Assembly (NCBI GenBank): GCA_044222185.1
Contig: JBGANV010000001.1
Span: 64,001 to 128,000, forward strand
Direction of reading: 5' to 3'
Source of the DNA: Planctomycetota bacterium
GTDB lineage: Bacteria > Planctomycetota > GCA-002687715 > CAIWVZ01
DNA length: 64,000 nt
Both the position numbers and the translations under genes were made by a program. The notes below the pieces were generated by a model. It made no database searches and was not told the DNA's origin. It saw only the letters and a list, made by a program, of their open reading frames with translations. This document shows positions 10,440 to 19,222 of this stretch, piece by piece (positions within the stretch are counted from its first letter, which is position 1; the number at the start of each line of letters is the position of its first letter).

Positions 10440-11435
10440 ATGACCACAGACCCTTTCGCCCAGGTGCGCGAGGCACTCGCGGCCGGGCGCGCGGCGCTGG
10501 AATCCGCGTCCACCCCCGACGAGCTCGAAGCGGCGCGGCAGGCGTACCTCGGAAAGAAAGGCCGCGTGCCCGCCCTGATGGAACTGATCAAGGGCGTCGC
10601 CGGGCCCGACCGACCGCGCTTCGGGCAGGAAGTCAACGGCCTGAAGAGCGCGCTCACCGAGCTCGCGGAAGCGCGCCGCGGCGTCCTCGGCAAGCCGCCC
10701 GAAGTCGTGAAGCCGCAAGTCGACCTCACGTTGCCGGGGCGCCGTCCGGTCCCCGGCGCGTTGCATCCGATCTCCAAGGTCGCCCGGGAGATCGTCCGTG
10801 TCTTCGGCACACTCGGGTTCGAAGAGACGGACGGCCCGGAGATCGAGGACGAGTTCCACAACTTCGTCGCGTTGAACATCCCGGCGAACCACCCGGCGCG
10901 TGACGAGACCGAGAACTTCTACCTGAGCGAGAGCCGGCTCTTGCGGAGCCAGACGTCCACCGTCCAGATCCGGACGCTGGAGTCCCGCCAGCCGCCGCTT
11001 CGCGTCGTGGCGCTGGGGCGGGTCTACCGGCCAGACACCGTCGACGCGACGCATCACTACATGTTCCACCAGATCGAAGGGCTCGCCGTGGACCGCGGCC
11101 TCACGCTCGCGGACCTCAAGTCGACGCTCCTCGTCTTCGTTCGGACGCTCTACGGCGACGACGTGGGCATCCGCCTGCGGCCGTCGTTCTTCCCGTTCAC
11201 GGAGCCGTCGGCCGAGATCGACGTGTACTTCCCCGATCGCGACAAGTTCGTCGAGATCGGCGGATGCGGCATGGTCGACCCCAACGTCTTCGAAGCGTGC
11301 AAGATGGACCCCGAGGTCTGGAGCGGGTTCGCGTTCGGCCTGGGCATCGAGCGCCTCGCCATGCGACGCTTCACCATCCCGGACATCCGGCGCCTGACGG
11401 AAAACGACGCGCGCTTCCTTCGCCAACTCGGCTGA
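10440..11435 (+). CDS. pheS: Phenylalanine-tRNA ligase alpha subunit
   Basis: HNFVALN, HPARD, LLRSQTS, MFHQIEG, FPFTEPS, GFAFGLGIERLAM. Confidence 0.98.
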   Translation: MTTDPFAQVREALAAGRAALESASTPDELEAARQAYLGKKGRVPALMELIKGVAGPDRPRFGQEVNGLKSALTELAEARRGVLGKPPEVVKPQVDLTLPGRRPVPGALHPISKVAREIVRVFGTLGFEETDGPEIEDEFHNFVALNIPANHPARDETENFYLSESRLLRSQTSTVQIRTLESRQPPLRVVALGRVYRPDTVDATHHYMFHQIEGLAVDRGLTLADLKSTLLVFVRTLYGDDVGIRLRPSFFPFTEPSAEIDVYFPDRDKFVEIGGCGMVDPNVFEACKMDPEVWSGFAFGLGIERLAMRRFTIPDIRRLTENDARFLRQLG

Positions 11436-11450
11436 GAGGAGTGAGAGATC

Positions 11451-13466
11451 ATGAAAGCTCCTCTGAGCTGGCTGCGTGAACTCGTTCCCGATCTGAAGAG
11501 CTCGGCCAAGAAGGTGTCGGACCTCTTCACGTTCTCGGGAACGGAGGTGGAGGGAATCGAGAAGGTCGGTGACGACCAGGTGTTGCAGTGCGCCGTCACC
11601 AGCAACCGCGTGGACTGCCTGGGCATCATCGGTCTCGCCCGTGACCTCGCGGCCGTCTCCAAGAAGCCGCTCAAGCTGCCGTCGTTCGACGCGACGGCGA
11701 CGGGTGTTTCGACCCGCGATCGATTGCAGCTGCACGTGGAGGCGTCCGACTTCTGCCCGAGGTACGTCGCCTTGGTGATCGAGGGCCTGAAGGTCGGTCC
11801 CTCGCCGGAGTGGCTCGTCCGCCGGCTGGAGTCCATGGGGCAGAAGCCCATCAACAGCATCGTCGACGTCACGAACTACGTGCTGCTCGAGTGCAACCAG
11901 CCGCTCCATGCCTTCGACCTCGATCGGCTGCACGGCGGTCGGATCGTCGTCCGCCGTGCGCGGGCCGGCGAGAAGATCACGGCCTTGAACGGCAAGGTGT
12001 ACGACCTGGATGCCAGCATGGGTGCGATCTGCGATGCGGATCGCCCCGTGGCGATCGCGGGCGTGATGGGCGGGATGGAGACCTCCGTCACCGAATCGAC
12101 GCGCCGCATCGTGATCGAGAGCGCCTGGTTCGATCCGGCATCGATCCGCAAGACGTCGCGCAAGCTGGCGCTGCAGTCGGATTCGAGCTTCCGTTTCGAG
12201 CGCGGGATCGACCCGGACGGCATGGCGCGCAATGCCATGCGCGCGGCACGCCTCATTCTGGAGATCGCGGGCGGCAGCCTGTGCCGCGAGGCCATCGACT
12301 TCAACGAGGTTCGGAGGACTCCGCAGCCGATCACGCTCAGGCGCCAGCGCATCCGCAGCGTGACCGGCGTGAACGTCCCGTCCAAGCGGGTCGAAGAGAT
12401 CCTTCGTGCGCTGGAGTGCACCGCGACGCCCGCCGCGTCGAAGGACGTGTGGACGGTCGTCCCGCCGTCGTTCCGGGCGGACCTCGTGCGTGAGATCGAC
12501 CTGGTCGAGGAAGTGATCCGCATCGTCGGGCTCGAGAAGGTCAAGGAGAGCTCGGGGCTCCGTGTGATGACCGTCCGGCCGCATCCCGAGAAGAGCCTCG
12601 CCGAGTCCCTGCGCGATCGCTTCGTCGGGTACGGGTTCCTCGAAACCGTCACGCCCACGTTCGTCTGCGAAGGTGCCGAGGCCGGCGTCTCGTTCCTCAC
12701 GACGGGCGACGTGCTCCGCGCACGCAACCCCGTTCGCGCGGGCGAAGGCGTCATCCGACGCAGCCTCCTGCCGAGCCTGCTGCGCGTCCGTCAACACAAC
12801 CAGGATCAGGGCAACGACGGTCTGCGGTTCTTCGAGATCCACGCGGCCGCGTCCGACGTTCGCGGTCAGCCGCTGCCGGAGCGCGTTCCGCTCCTGGGGT
12901 TCCTCGTCGACGGCGACTTCCGCGATGGGCGGGGCGTAGTCGAATCGACGCTGGAATTCCTGGGGCTGTCTGTGACGATTGCGCCGTCGCGGTCACCGCA
13001 CCTCGAGGAGACGCACCAGGTCGAATTCCACGTCGACGGCGAGCGCCTCGGAATTCTCGGCGTGGTGGCCCGGTCGCTCGTCGACGAGTTCAAGCTGAAG
13101 CGTCCGCCGGTCTACGGCGAGATCGACTTGCGCAAGGTCCTTCCTCGCTGGGCGAAGGTCCGGACGTTCCAGGGGCTGCCGCGCTTTCCCGCCGTCGTGC
13201 GCGACTTCGCGTTCATCGTCGACGAGGCGCGTACGTTCGCGGAGATCGAGGAGACCGTGCGAGCGACGGGCATCGCCGAGCTCGAGTCACTTTCGTTCTT
13301 CGACGAGTACCGCGGGCAGCAGATCGGCGCGGGCAAGAAGAGCCTGGCGCTTTCGGTGGTGTTCCGGTCGGCGACCGGCACGCTGACGACGGCCGAGGTC
13401 GACGCCATGCACGCGAAGATCGTGTCGGCGGCAGCTTCACGCGTCGGCGCGAGGCTGCGCGGTTGA
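11451..13466 (+). CDS. pheT: Phenylalanine-tRNA ligase beta subunit (short form without the B2 OB domain)
   Basis: SNRVDCL, VDVTNYVLLE, QPLHAFD, IAGVMGG, SFRFERG, REIDLVEEV, FDEYRG...KKSLA. 671 aa. Confidence 0.97.
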   Translation: MKAPLSWLRELVPDLKSSAKKVSDLFTFSGTEVEGIEKVGDDQVLQCAVTSNRVDCLGIIGLARDLAAVSKKPLKLPSFDATATGVSTRDRLQLHVEASDFCPRYVALVIEGLKVGPSPEWLVRRLESMGQKPINSIVDVTNYVLLECNQPLHAFDLDRLHGGRIVVRRARAGEKITALNGKVYDLDASMGAICDADRPVAIAGVMGGMETSVTESTRRIVIESAWFDPASIRKTSRKLALQSDSSFRFERGIDPDGMARNAMRAARLILEIAGGSLCREAIDFNEVRRTPQPITLRRQRIRSVTGVNVPSKRVEEILRALECTATPAASKDVWTVVPPSFRADLVREIDLVEEVIRIVGLEKVKESSGLRVMTVRPHPEKSLAESLRDRFVGYGFLETVTPTFVCEGAEAGVSFLTTGDVLRARNPVRAGEGVIRRSLLPSLLRVRQHNQDQGNDGLRFFEIHAAASDVRGQPLPERVPLLGFLVDGDFRDGRGVVESTLEFLGLSVTIAPSRSPHLEETHQVEFHVDGERLGILGVVARSLVDEFKLKRPPVYGEIDLRKVLPRWAKVRTFQGLPRFPAVVRDFAFIVDEARTFAEIEETVRATGIAELESLSFFDEYRGQQIGAGKKSLALSVVFRSATGTLTTAEVDAMHAKIVSAAASRVGARLRG

Positions 13467-13514
13467 AACAGATCCCGCGCGATCGGTACCGGTCGCGCGG
13501 GTGCTGTCAATGCC

Positions 13515-13544
13515 TTGACGAGGCGCGCAGCCGCGCGCCATACT
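13515..13544 (+). promoter_or_regulatory. Putative sigma70 promoter of the 6S RNA
   Basis: TTGACG-N18-CATACT, ending 6 nt before the predicted RNA 5' end. Confidence 0.6.
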
Positions 13545-13550
13545 CCTGGC

Positions 13551-13724
13551 GCATCTGCCATGTTCGTCATGGTCAATCGCTCTCTTCCCTATGCATGTTC
13601 TCTCGGGGGCCACATCGGCCGTTCAAGCTCACGCCTTCGCGAAAGGTAGGGCTTCGCCGGCGGAGGGCTCCCACGTTTCAAAGCGGGCTAGAGGGCCCCT
13701 ACCAAACGGCATTGCGGTGGATGC
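13551..13724 (+). ncRNA. ssrS: 6S RNA (SsrS)
   Basis: ~174-nt self-complementary rod: 5' GCATCTGCC-ATGTTCGT pairs with 3' ACGGCAT-TGCGGTGGATGC, with an inner GGGGGCC/GGCTCCC stem flanking a central bubble. Has its own promoter and terminator and lies downstream of pheT, a common ssrS location. Confidence 0.7.
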
Positions 13725-13728
13725 ACAT

Positions 13729-13772
13729 TGAGGGACCCTGCGGTCTTTGGGCCGTTGGGTCCTTCAGTTTTT
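13729..13772 (+). terminator. Rho-independent terminator after the 6S RNA
   Basis: TGAGGGACCC...GGGTCCTTCA hairpin followed by GTTTTT. Confidence 0.75.
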
Positions 13773-13841
13773 CCAGGCTGGCTCTGCGGGCCACGCGCGC
13801 GGCCGGGTGGAGCGGCGCTCCGCGAGCGGCGCTAATTTGGG

Positions 13842-14294
13842 CTATTCGAGGAGCGCAGGACCGGAGCCGTCGCATGCCGTCGTCGAGCCGCTCGAGGCGA
13901 AGACGATCATCCAGCGGTTGGCGGATGCGTCGAAGGGCCGTTCGAACAGAGCTCCCGTCTCCCGGTTTCGCACGGTGATCGTCCACCTCCCCGGCGGGAG
14001 GGACGACGCGATCTGTGCCTGCGCGGCCGGATCTCCGCCGAGGCTCGGGTCCGGCATCTCGCGGCGGGGGCACGGCACGAGGACGTTTTCCGCGATCCGG
14101 ATGGTCGATGCGGCGTCCACGTTCGAGGCGACCACGTCGACGTGGACGTCGTGGTCGAAGCCGCTCCAGATTTGAACGCCCATGGGCTCCTCGCCGGCAA
14201 ACGCGGGCCTCACGTAGCCTGGTTCGGGCGCGATGGCGCACGAAAGTGCGGCGAAGACGACGGCGGGCGCGAACGCGAGGCGTGGCGACATCAT
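13842..14294 (-). CDS. Hypothetical small secreted protein or lipoprotein
   Basis: MMSPRLAFAPAVVFAALSC signal/lipobox-like N-terminus; beta-rich body. Confidence 0.5.
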   Translation of the reverse strand: MMSPRLAFAPAVVFAALSCAIAPEPGYVRPAFAGEEPMGVQIWSGFDHDVHVDVVASNVDAASTIRIAENVLVPCPRREMPDPSLGGDPAAQAQIASSLPPGRWTITVRNRETGALFERPFDASANRWMIVFASSGSTTACDGSGPALLE

Positions 14295-14388
14295 TCCGGC
14301 TCCGAAATCCGGGTTGGCTCCATGGGCCGCAAGCGTACACGACCGGTGGCCCCCGAACCGCACCCCGACGCGGCTCGGGCGCCGATGT

Positions 14389-17300
14389 TCAAAGCGAGCG
14401 CGGCGACGCGGCCCATCCCAGGCGGAATCCGCTGGCGCTCGTCGGGTCGACGTAGATCACCTGCAGGGTTCGCGAGATCCCCAGCGGCGGGTTCGGGCTC
14501 GTGAGCCCGGGGAGGGTGAAGCCGGCGCCACTCGGACCCGAGGTCGGTTGCAGGACGGCGAAAGCCGCGGCGGGCTGGAACAGCCCCATCCCATCGATCG
14601 GGCAGATCAGCTCGGCGGTTCCGACCGCCAGCACGAGGTCGGCGGCGGCGTTCGGGAATCCGGTGACGACGGGCGCGGTGCTCGCGTCGATGAGGAGCGA
14701 GAAGGGCGCTCCGACGACCCCGCCCTCGATGACCAGGTCGAACGGCGTCCCCGGAGCCAAGGGGCTGGACGACGGGTGGGTCACGATCGTGCCCGCGTTG
14801 TTGCCGCCTCCGACGACGAGGGCCATGGAATTGGAGATCGCCTGCGGCCCTTTCTCGATCGTGATGGCGATCCCGCCAGGCAGTGTCGCTTGCGCGAGTG
14901 CCGGCCCGATCGGCACGGAGACGTTGGCCGCGCCGGATGTCGTCGCGACGGCCGTACCGTTTGCGAACACGGTGGCCCCTGCCGCCACGTGCTGTGTCGC
15001 CACCGACACAGTGACGGGGGAGGAACCGGTCCCGAGCACGGGGATCGACGGCGGCGTGATGCCGGTGATGACCGGGGCATGAATCACGAGCGTCTCCGGG
15101 GCGGTTTCGCCGCCACCGGGGGCCGGATTGAAGAGGGTGATCTGGATCACTGCGGGCGCATCGATGAGCGTCGCTGGCGCCGTGGCCGTCACGTGGGGGA
15201 AGAGGAGGGCGGTGTAGGTGGTCGGGAGGCCGACGCCGTTCCACCGGAGAACGGTCTGCGCGCTCAGATTGGAGCCGTAGGCGGTCAGCGTCGTTGCGCC
15301 CGCTCCGGCGTTCAGGCTCGCGGGATTCACCGACGAGATCGATGGCGCGGGGTTGTTCACGGTGAACGTCACTGCATTCGACGTGCCTCCACCTGGCAGC
15401 GGGTTGTCGACCGTGATCGGTACCGATGCGGCCGTCTGGACCAGCGAGGCGTCGATCGTCGCGCGCAGCTGTGTGGCGCTGATGAACGTCGTCGGGCGGT
15501 TGGCGCCGTTCCAACGAACGACGCTCTGTGCGAGGAACCCGGTACCGGCCACGTTCAGGTTGAAGCTGCCGAAGACGGAGCCCGCGAGCTTCGATGTGGG
15601 ACTCAGCGACGTGACGATGGGTACCGGGTTCTCGATGGTGAAGGTCCGAGCGGCCGACGTACCGCCACCCGGTGCGGGCGTCTGGACCGTGACGGAAGCC
15701 GTGCCTGCGGTCGCGATCAGGGACGCGGCGACGCTCGCCGAAAGCTGGGTCGCACTCACGTAGGTGGTCGTGAGGCTCGACCCGTTCCAGCGGATCACGC
15801 TCGCCGTCGTGAACGACGTTCCCGTGGCCGTGAGCGTGAACGCGCTGCCTCCGAACAGGGCCGAGTCCGGGGTGATGCTCGTGAGGACGGGGGCCGGGAG
15901 GATCGTCGAGAAGGTCACGGCATTCGACGTTCCGCCGCCCGGCGCGGGATTGAAGACCGTCACCGAAGCCGTCCCCGGCGCTGCGATCAGGCCGGCGCCG
16001 ACGGTCGCCAGAAGCTGCGTGCCCGCATACGTCGTCGGGAGGGCCGTGCCGTTCCAACGCACGACGCTCTGCGGGGTGTAGACCTGGGCCGCCGTGTAGG
16101 TGACGGTGAGGGTGAACGAGGCGCTTCCCGCGAACTTGGAGGACGGCGAGATCGACGCGATCACCGGAACCGGGTTGACGATCCCCACGGAAACCGTGCC
16201 CGTCGTCCCGCCACCGGGCGTCGGGTTGAACACCGTGACGAACGCGTTGCCGGCGGTCGCGACGAGCGTGGACGGGACCGCGGCTGTCAACGCGGTCGAG
16301 GACGAGAACGTCGTCGTGAGCGCGTTGCCGTTCCAACGGACCACGCTCTGCGTCGTGAAGTTCGTGCCGGAGACGGTGATCGTGGCGCCCGCGCTCCCCG
16401 CGGCCACGGTCGACGGATTGACGGTCGTGATCGTGGGCACGGGGTTGCGGATCTCGAAGGTGACCGGGGCGCTGGGACCAGAGCACGGATAGGGGTTGTC
16501 GATGCGTACCGTTGCATACCCGGCCGTCGTGAGGAGAGATGGGGGGATCACCGCAGTCTGGATGACGCGGTTCATGTACGTCGTCGTCACCGGCGTTCCG
16601 TTCCACGTGAGCCGGGAAGCGGCGACGCCGAGCCCGTCTGTCGTTCCCCGATGGACTCGCGCGCAGTTTGCGAAGAGCGTGAACGACGCCGATCCTGCCA
16701 CGACGAACGTCGGCGCGATGCCGGCGAGGATCGGCGCGGGCGCCACTCCGTACCGCGTGGCCATGCCGAGGGAGTCACGCACGCTCATGTGGGCACGCTG
16801 GCCCATGGTGCTCTGGAAACCCGTGTATCCCGGTTTGCAGACGATCGTCGGCAGTCCGTTCGACGAAAAAGCGAATTGGTCGTAGTGCATCAGCGAATCG
16901 AAGTCGTACGGACCATACAGCGTCCCACCGGGGATCAGAGTGAAGTTCCCGGCGTTCGGCGCGAGGATGTTCGCCGACTGGATGGTGACGTAGGTGTCGC
17001 GGTCCGATCGCTGCTGCTCGTGGAAACACCCGAGGGCGTGTGCGATCTCGTGGCACACGATGAACCGGTAGTTCCAGTTGAGGATCGTGATGTTCTGCAT
17101 CCCCCCGACCATGCCGACGAACGAGGTGTTCGCCGTTCCGTTGACGAAGTTGATCCAGTTCGGCTGCGTCGTCCTCGGCGTGAACGTGACGTTCGCCGAG
17201 GCCGCCCATTCGTCCATGGCGTCGATGGCGACGTCGGCGTCCGTCGGCGCAACGCCCGAGTCGAACGTGTAGTAGACGACGCCACCCGGCCACGGCGTGC

Positions 17301-17457
17301 CGGAGAATCCCGAATCGAGGGCGAACGCGCCCTCCGGGACGATCATGTCGTCGACGAGGACGTAGCCCTCGGGAACGACGGGGGGTTGTTGCGCGGGGGC
17401 AAGACCAGACAGGGTCAGGCAAAGGACCGTCGTCAGGAGCGGATCCAGGCGTTTCAT
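14389..17457 (-). CDS. Secreted astacin-family (M12A) metalloprotease with ~7 IPT/TIG repeats
   Basis: Signal peptide MKRLDPLL...APAQ; HEIAHALGCFHEQQRSDRD; Met-turn YDFDSLMHY; repeats SVVRWNG..TT..TQL.A....NP.PGGGTS.A.TF. Confidence 0.9.
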   Translation of the reverse strand: MKRLDPLLTTVLCLTLSGLAPAQQPPVVPEGYVLVDDMIVPEGAFALDSGFSGTPWPGGVVYYTFDSGVAPTDADVAIDAMDEWAASANVTFTPRTTQPNWINFVNGTANTSFVGMVGGMQNITILNWNYRFIVCHEIAHALGCFHEQQRSDRDTYVTIQSANILAPNAGNFTLIPGGTLYGPYDFDSLMHYDQFAFSSNGLPTIVCKPGYTGFQSTMGQRAHMSVRDSLGMATRYGVAPAPILAGIAPTFVVAGSASFTLFANCARVHRGTTDGLGVAASRLTWNGTPVTTTYMNRVIQTAVIPPSLLTTAGYATVRIDNPYPCSGPSAPVTFEIRNPVPTITTVNPSTVAAGSAGATITVSGTNFTTQSVVRWNGNALTTTFSSSTALTAAVPSTLVATAGNAFVTVFNPTPGGGTTGTVSVGIVNPVPVIASISPSSKFAGSASFTLTVTYTAAQVYTPQSVVRWNGTALPTTYAGTQLLATVGAGLIAAPGTASVTVFNPAPGGGTSNAVTFSTILPAPVLTSITPDSALFGGSAFTLTATGTSFTTASVIRWNGSSLTTTYVSATQLSASVAASLIATAGTASVTVQTPAPGGGTSAARTFTIENPVPIVTSLSPTSKLAGSVFGSFNLNVAGTGFLAQSVVRWNGANRPTTFISATQLRATIDASLVQTAASVPITVDNPLPGGGTSNAVTFTVNNPAPSISSVNPASLNAGAGATTLTAYGSNLSAQTVLRWNGVGLPTTYTALLFPHVTATAPATLIDAPAVIQITLFNPAPGGGETAPETLVIHAPVITGITPPSIPVLGTGSSPVTVSVATQHVAAGATVFANGTAVATTSGAANVSVPIGPALAQATLPGGIAITIEKGPQAISNSMALVVGGGNNAGTIVTHPSSSPLAPGTPFDLVIEGGVVGAPFSLLIDASTAPVVTGFPNAAADLVLAVGTAELICPIDGMGLFQPAAAFAVLQPTSGPSGAGFTLPGLTSPNPPLGISRTLQVIYVDPTSASGFRLGWAASPRSL

Positions 17458-17665
17458 GGCCGTTTTCTCCGGGGGATTCCCAAGCGTCGGGGAGACCGTC
17501 CGGGCCCCCGACCGAAGGTGCAATGACCTGACGGAGGCGAAGATTACACCCGGGCGGAAAAACGGCAGCCGGATCGGGGGGACTGGGTTCGTCACCCCCG
17601 GGCCGGTTCCACACCGCGGGTCGTGCTTGCTCCATCGAGAGGTGGCGGTCTACGATCCGCACTCC

Positions 17666-19207
17666 ATGCGCCGCTCAGCACTTCGGGTTCGGATCCTCGT
17701 CGCCATCGTCTCGGTGATGCTCTTTCCGGGCCTGCTCTTCGCATTCTCCGTGCTCGGGGGCAGCCTCGGCATCTCCACCGCGGGCCTCGGCTATCAACGC
17801 GACGTGCGCGTGCTCGACAACTCCGCGGATCCTTCCGCTCACGCCAACGTGACGCCGAACGCGTCGTTCCCCGGCGCCGTCGGCGCGAGGCTGTCGGTGT
17901 GGAAGGGCGCGCACGCGTGGGCGTCGGACAACGCGCTGGCCGCGCGGAACTTCGACTACGACTGGCAGGGTGCGGCCACCTCGAACCCGGCGGAGGGGAA
18001 CGTCGTCGGGTGGGATACGAACGGATGCAGCGGCGGCACGCTCGCCTACACCGAGACGCCGATCTCCGACGGATGGCGGATCGTGATGTGCGACAACTGG
18101 ACGTGGTCCGACTCGGCGAGCGCGCCCGGCGGCGGGCAGTTCGACATCCAGGGGATCGTCACCCACGAACTTGGACACGCGCTGGGTTTGGGACACAGCT
18201 CGGTGAACTGCGGGAGCTGCGGCAACTCGGCGTCCATGTGCGCATTCATCTGTTCGAACGGCGTCGCCGAGCGGACGATCGAGGCCGACGATCAGGCGGG
18301 CCTCCAGTCGATCTATGGGACGATCCCCTCCAACAAGCCGTTGATCACGGCGCTTGCCGGCTCGTTCACGACCGGGACGCTTCTCACGATCACGGGACAG
18401 AACTTCGCTCCGACCGTCAACGTGAAATTCACGGCGAATGGCGGAAACGACCTCGCGCCGATCCCGGGGACGGTCACGAACGTCGCCTCGACGGGCGGCG
18501 GAACCCAGATCGTCGTCCCGATCCCGTACACGGCTTTCAGCGGCAACGTCCTCGTCTGGGAGCCAGCCGCGGGCCTGCTCTCCAACGCATTTCCGATCGA
18601 CGTGACGTTCGTGCCGCAGCCGCCTCCCGTGATCGCGACAGTTGCGCCCGCGACCGTGTCCGCATTCCTGCCCGGGACGATCACGCTGACGGGGAGCGGA
18701 TTCGTCGGGACGACGCAGGTCCTCGTGGGGGGGATTGCCGTCTCGGGACCGCTGGCGTTCTCGATCGTGAACGACACCACGCTCACCTTCGCGGCGCCCC
18801 CGGCACCCGCGCTGGGACCGATCTCGGTCACGCTCGCGTCGACGCACGGGGCGAGCAATGCTGTCTCGCTCACCTACGTGCAGACGTCGCCGCCGGCCAT
18901 CACGGCGCAGAGCGTTGCGTTCGGCAACGTGACTTTCTCAGCGTCGTTTGGCGGCGGCGCGAACGACTCCTGGATCCTCGTGGCGGCGACGTCCGCCGTC
19001 ACGGTGCCGTTCCTCGGATTCACCGTGCTCCAGGCGCCAGTGCCGATCGCGAGCGGCCAGTTCGGCCCGACGGGACTGGCGTCGCAAAGCGTCGTGATGC
19101 CGACGGGACTCGCGGGCCTCGTCTTCCACCTCCAACTCGGGACCATCGACGACGTCTCGGGCACCTTTGCCGCGAGCAACCTCACGACCACGACGGTCCT
19201 GCTGTGA
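17666..19207 (+). CDS. Secreted matrixin-like (M10) metalloprotease with IPT/TIG domains
   Basis: Signal peptide; FDIQGIVTHELGHALGLGHS; Met-turn ASMC; DDQAGLQSIYG; two IPT-like modules. Confidence 0.88.
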   Translation: MRRSALRVRILVAIVSVMLFPGLLFAFSVLGGSLGISTAGLGYQRDVRVLDNSADPSAHANVTPNASFPGAVGARLSVWKGAHAWASDNALAARNFDYDWQGAATSNPAEGNVVGWDTNGCSGGTLAYTETPISDGWRIVMCDNWTWSDSASAPGGGQFDIQGIVTHELGHALGLGHSSVNCGSCGNSASMCAFICSNGVAERTIEADDQAGLQSIYGTIPSNKPLITALAGSFTTGTLLTITGQNFAPTVNVKFTANGGNDLAPIPGTVTNVASTGGGTQIVVPIPYTAFSGNVLVWEPAAGLLSNAFPIDVTFVPQPPPVIATVAPATVSAFLPGTITLTGSGFVGTTQVLVGGIAVSGPLAFSIVNDTTLTFAAPPAPALGPISVTLASTHGASNAVSLTYVQTSPPAITAQSVAFGNVTFSASFGGGANDSWILVAATSAVTVPFLGFTVLQAPVPIASGQFGPTGLASQSVVMPTGLAGLVFHLQLGTIDDVSGTFAASNLTTTTVLL

Positions 19208-19222
19208 CTCGCGTCTGGACGA

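Noticed and set aside
6600-12842. Long minus-strand ORFs (570 aa and 845 aa)
   Set aside because: Antisense shadows of thrS and pheS/pheT.
14233-17526. 1097-aa plus-strand ORF
   Set aside because: Arg/Gly-rich antisense shadow of the astacin gene, typical of high-GC DNA.
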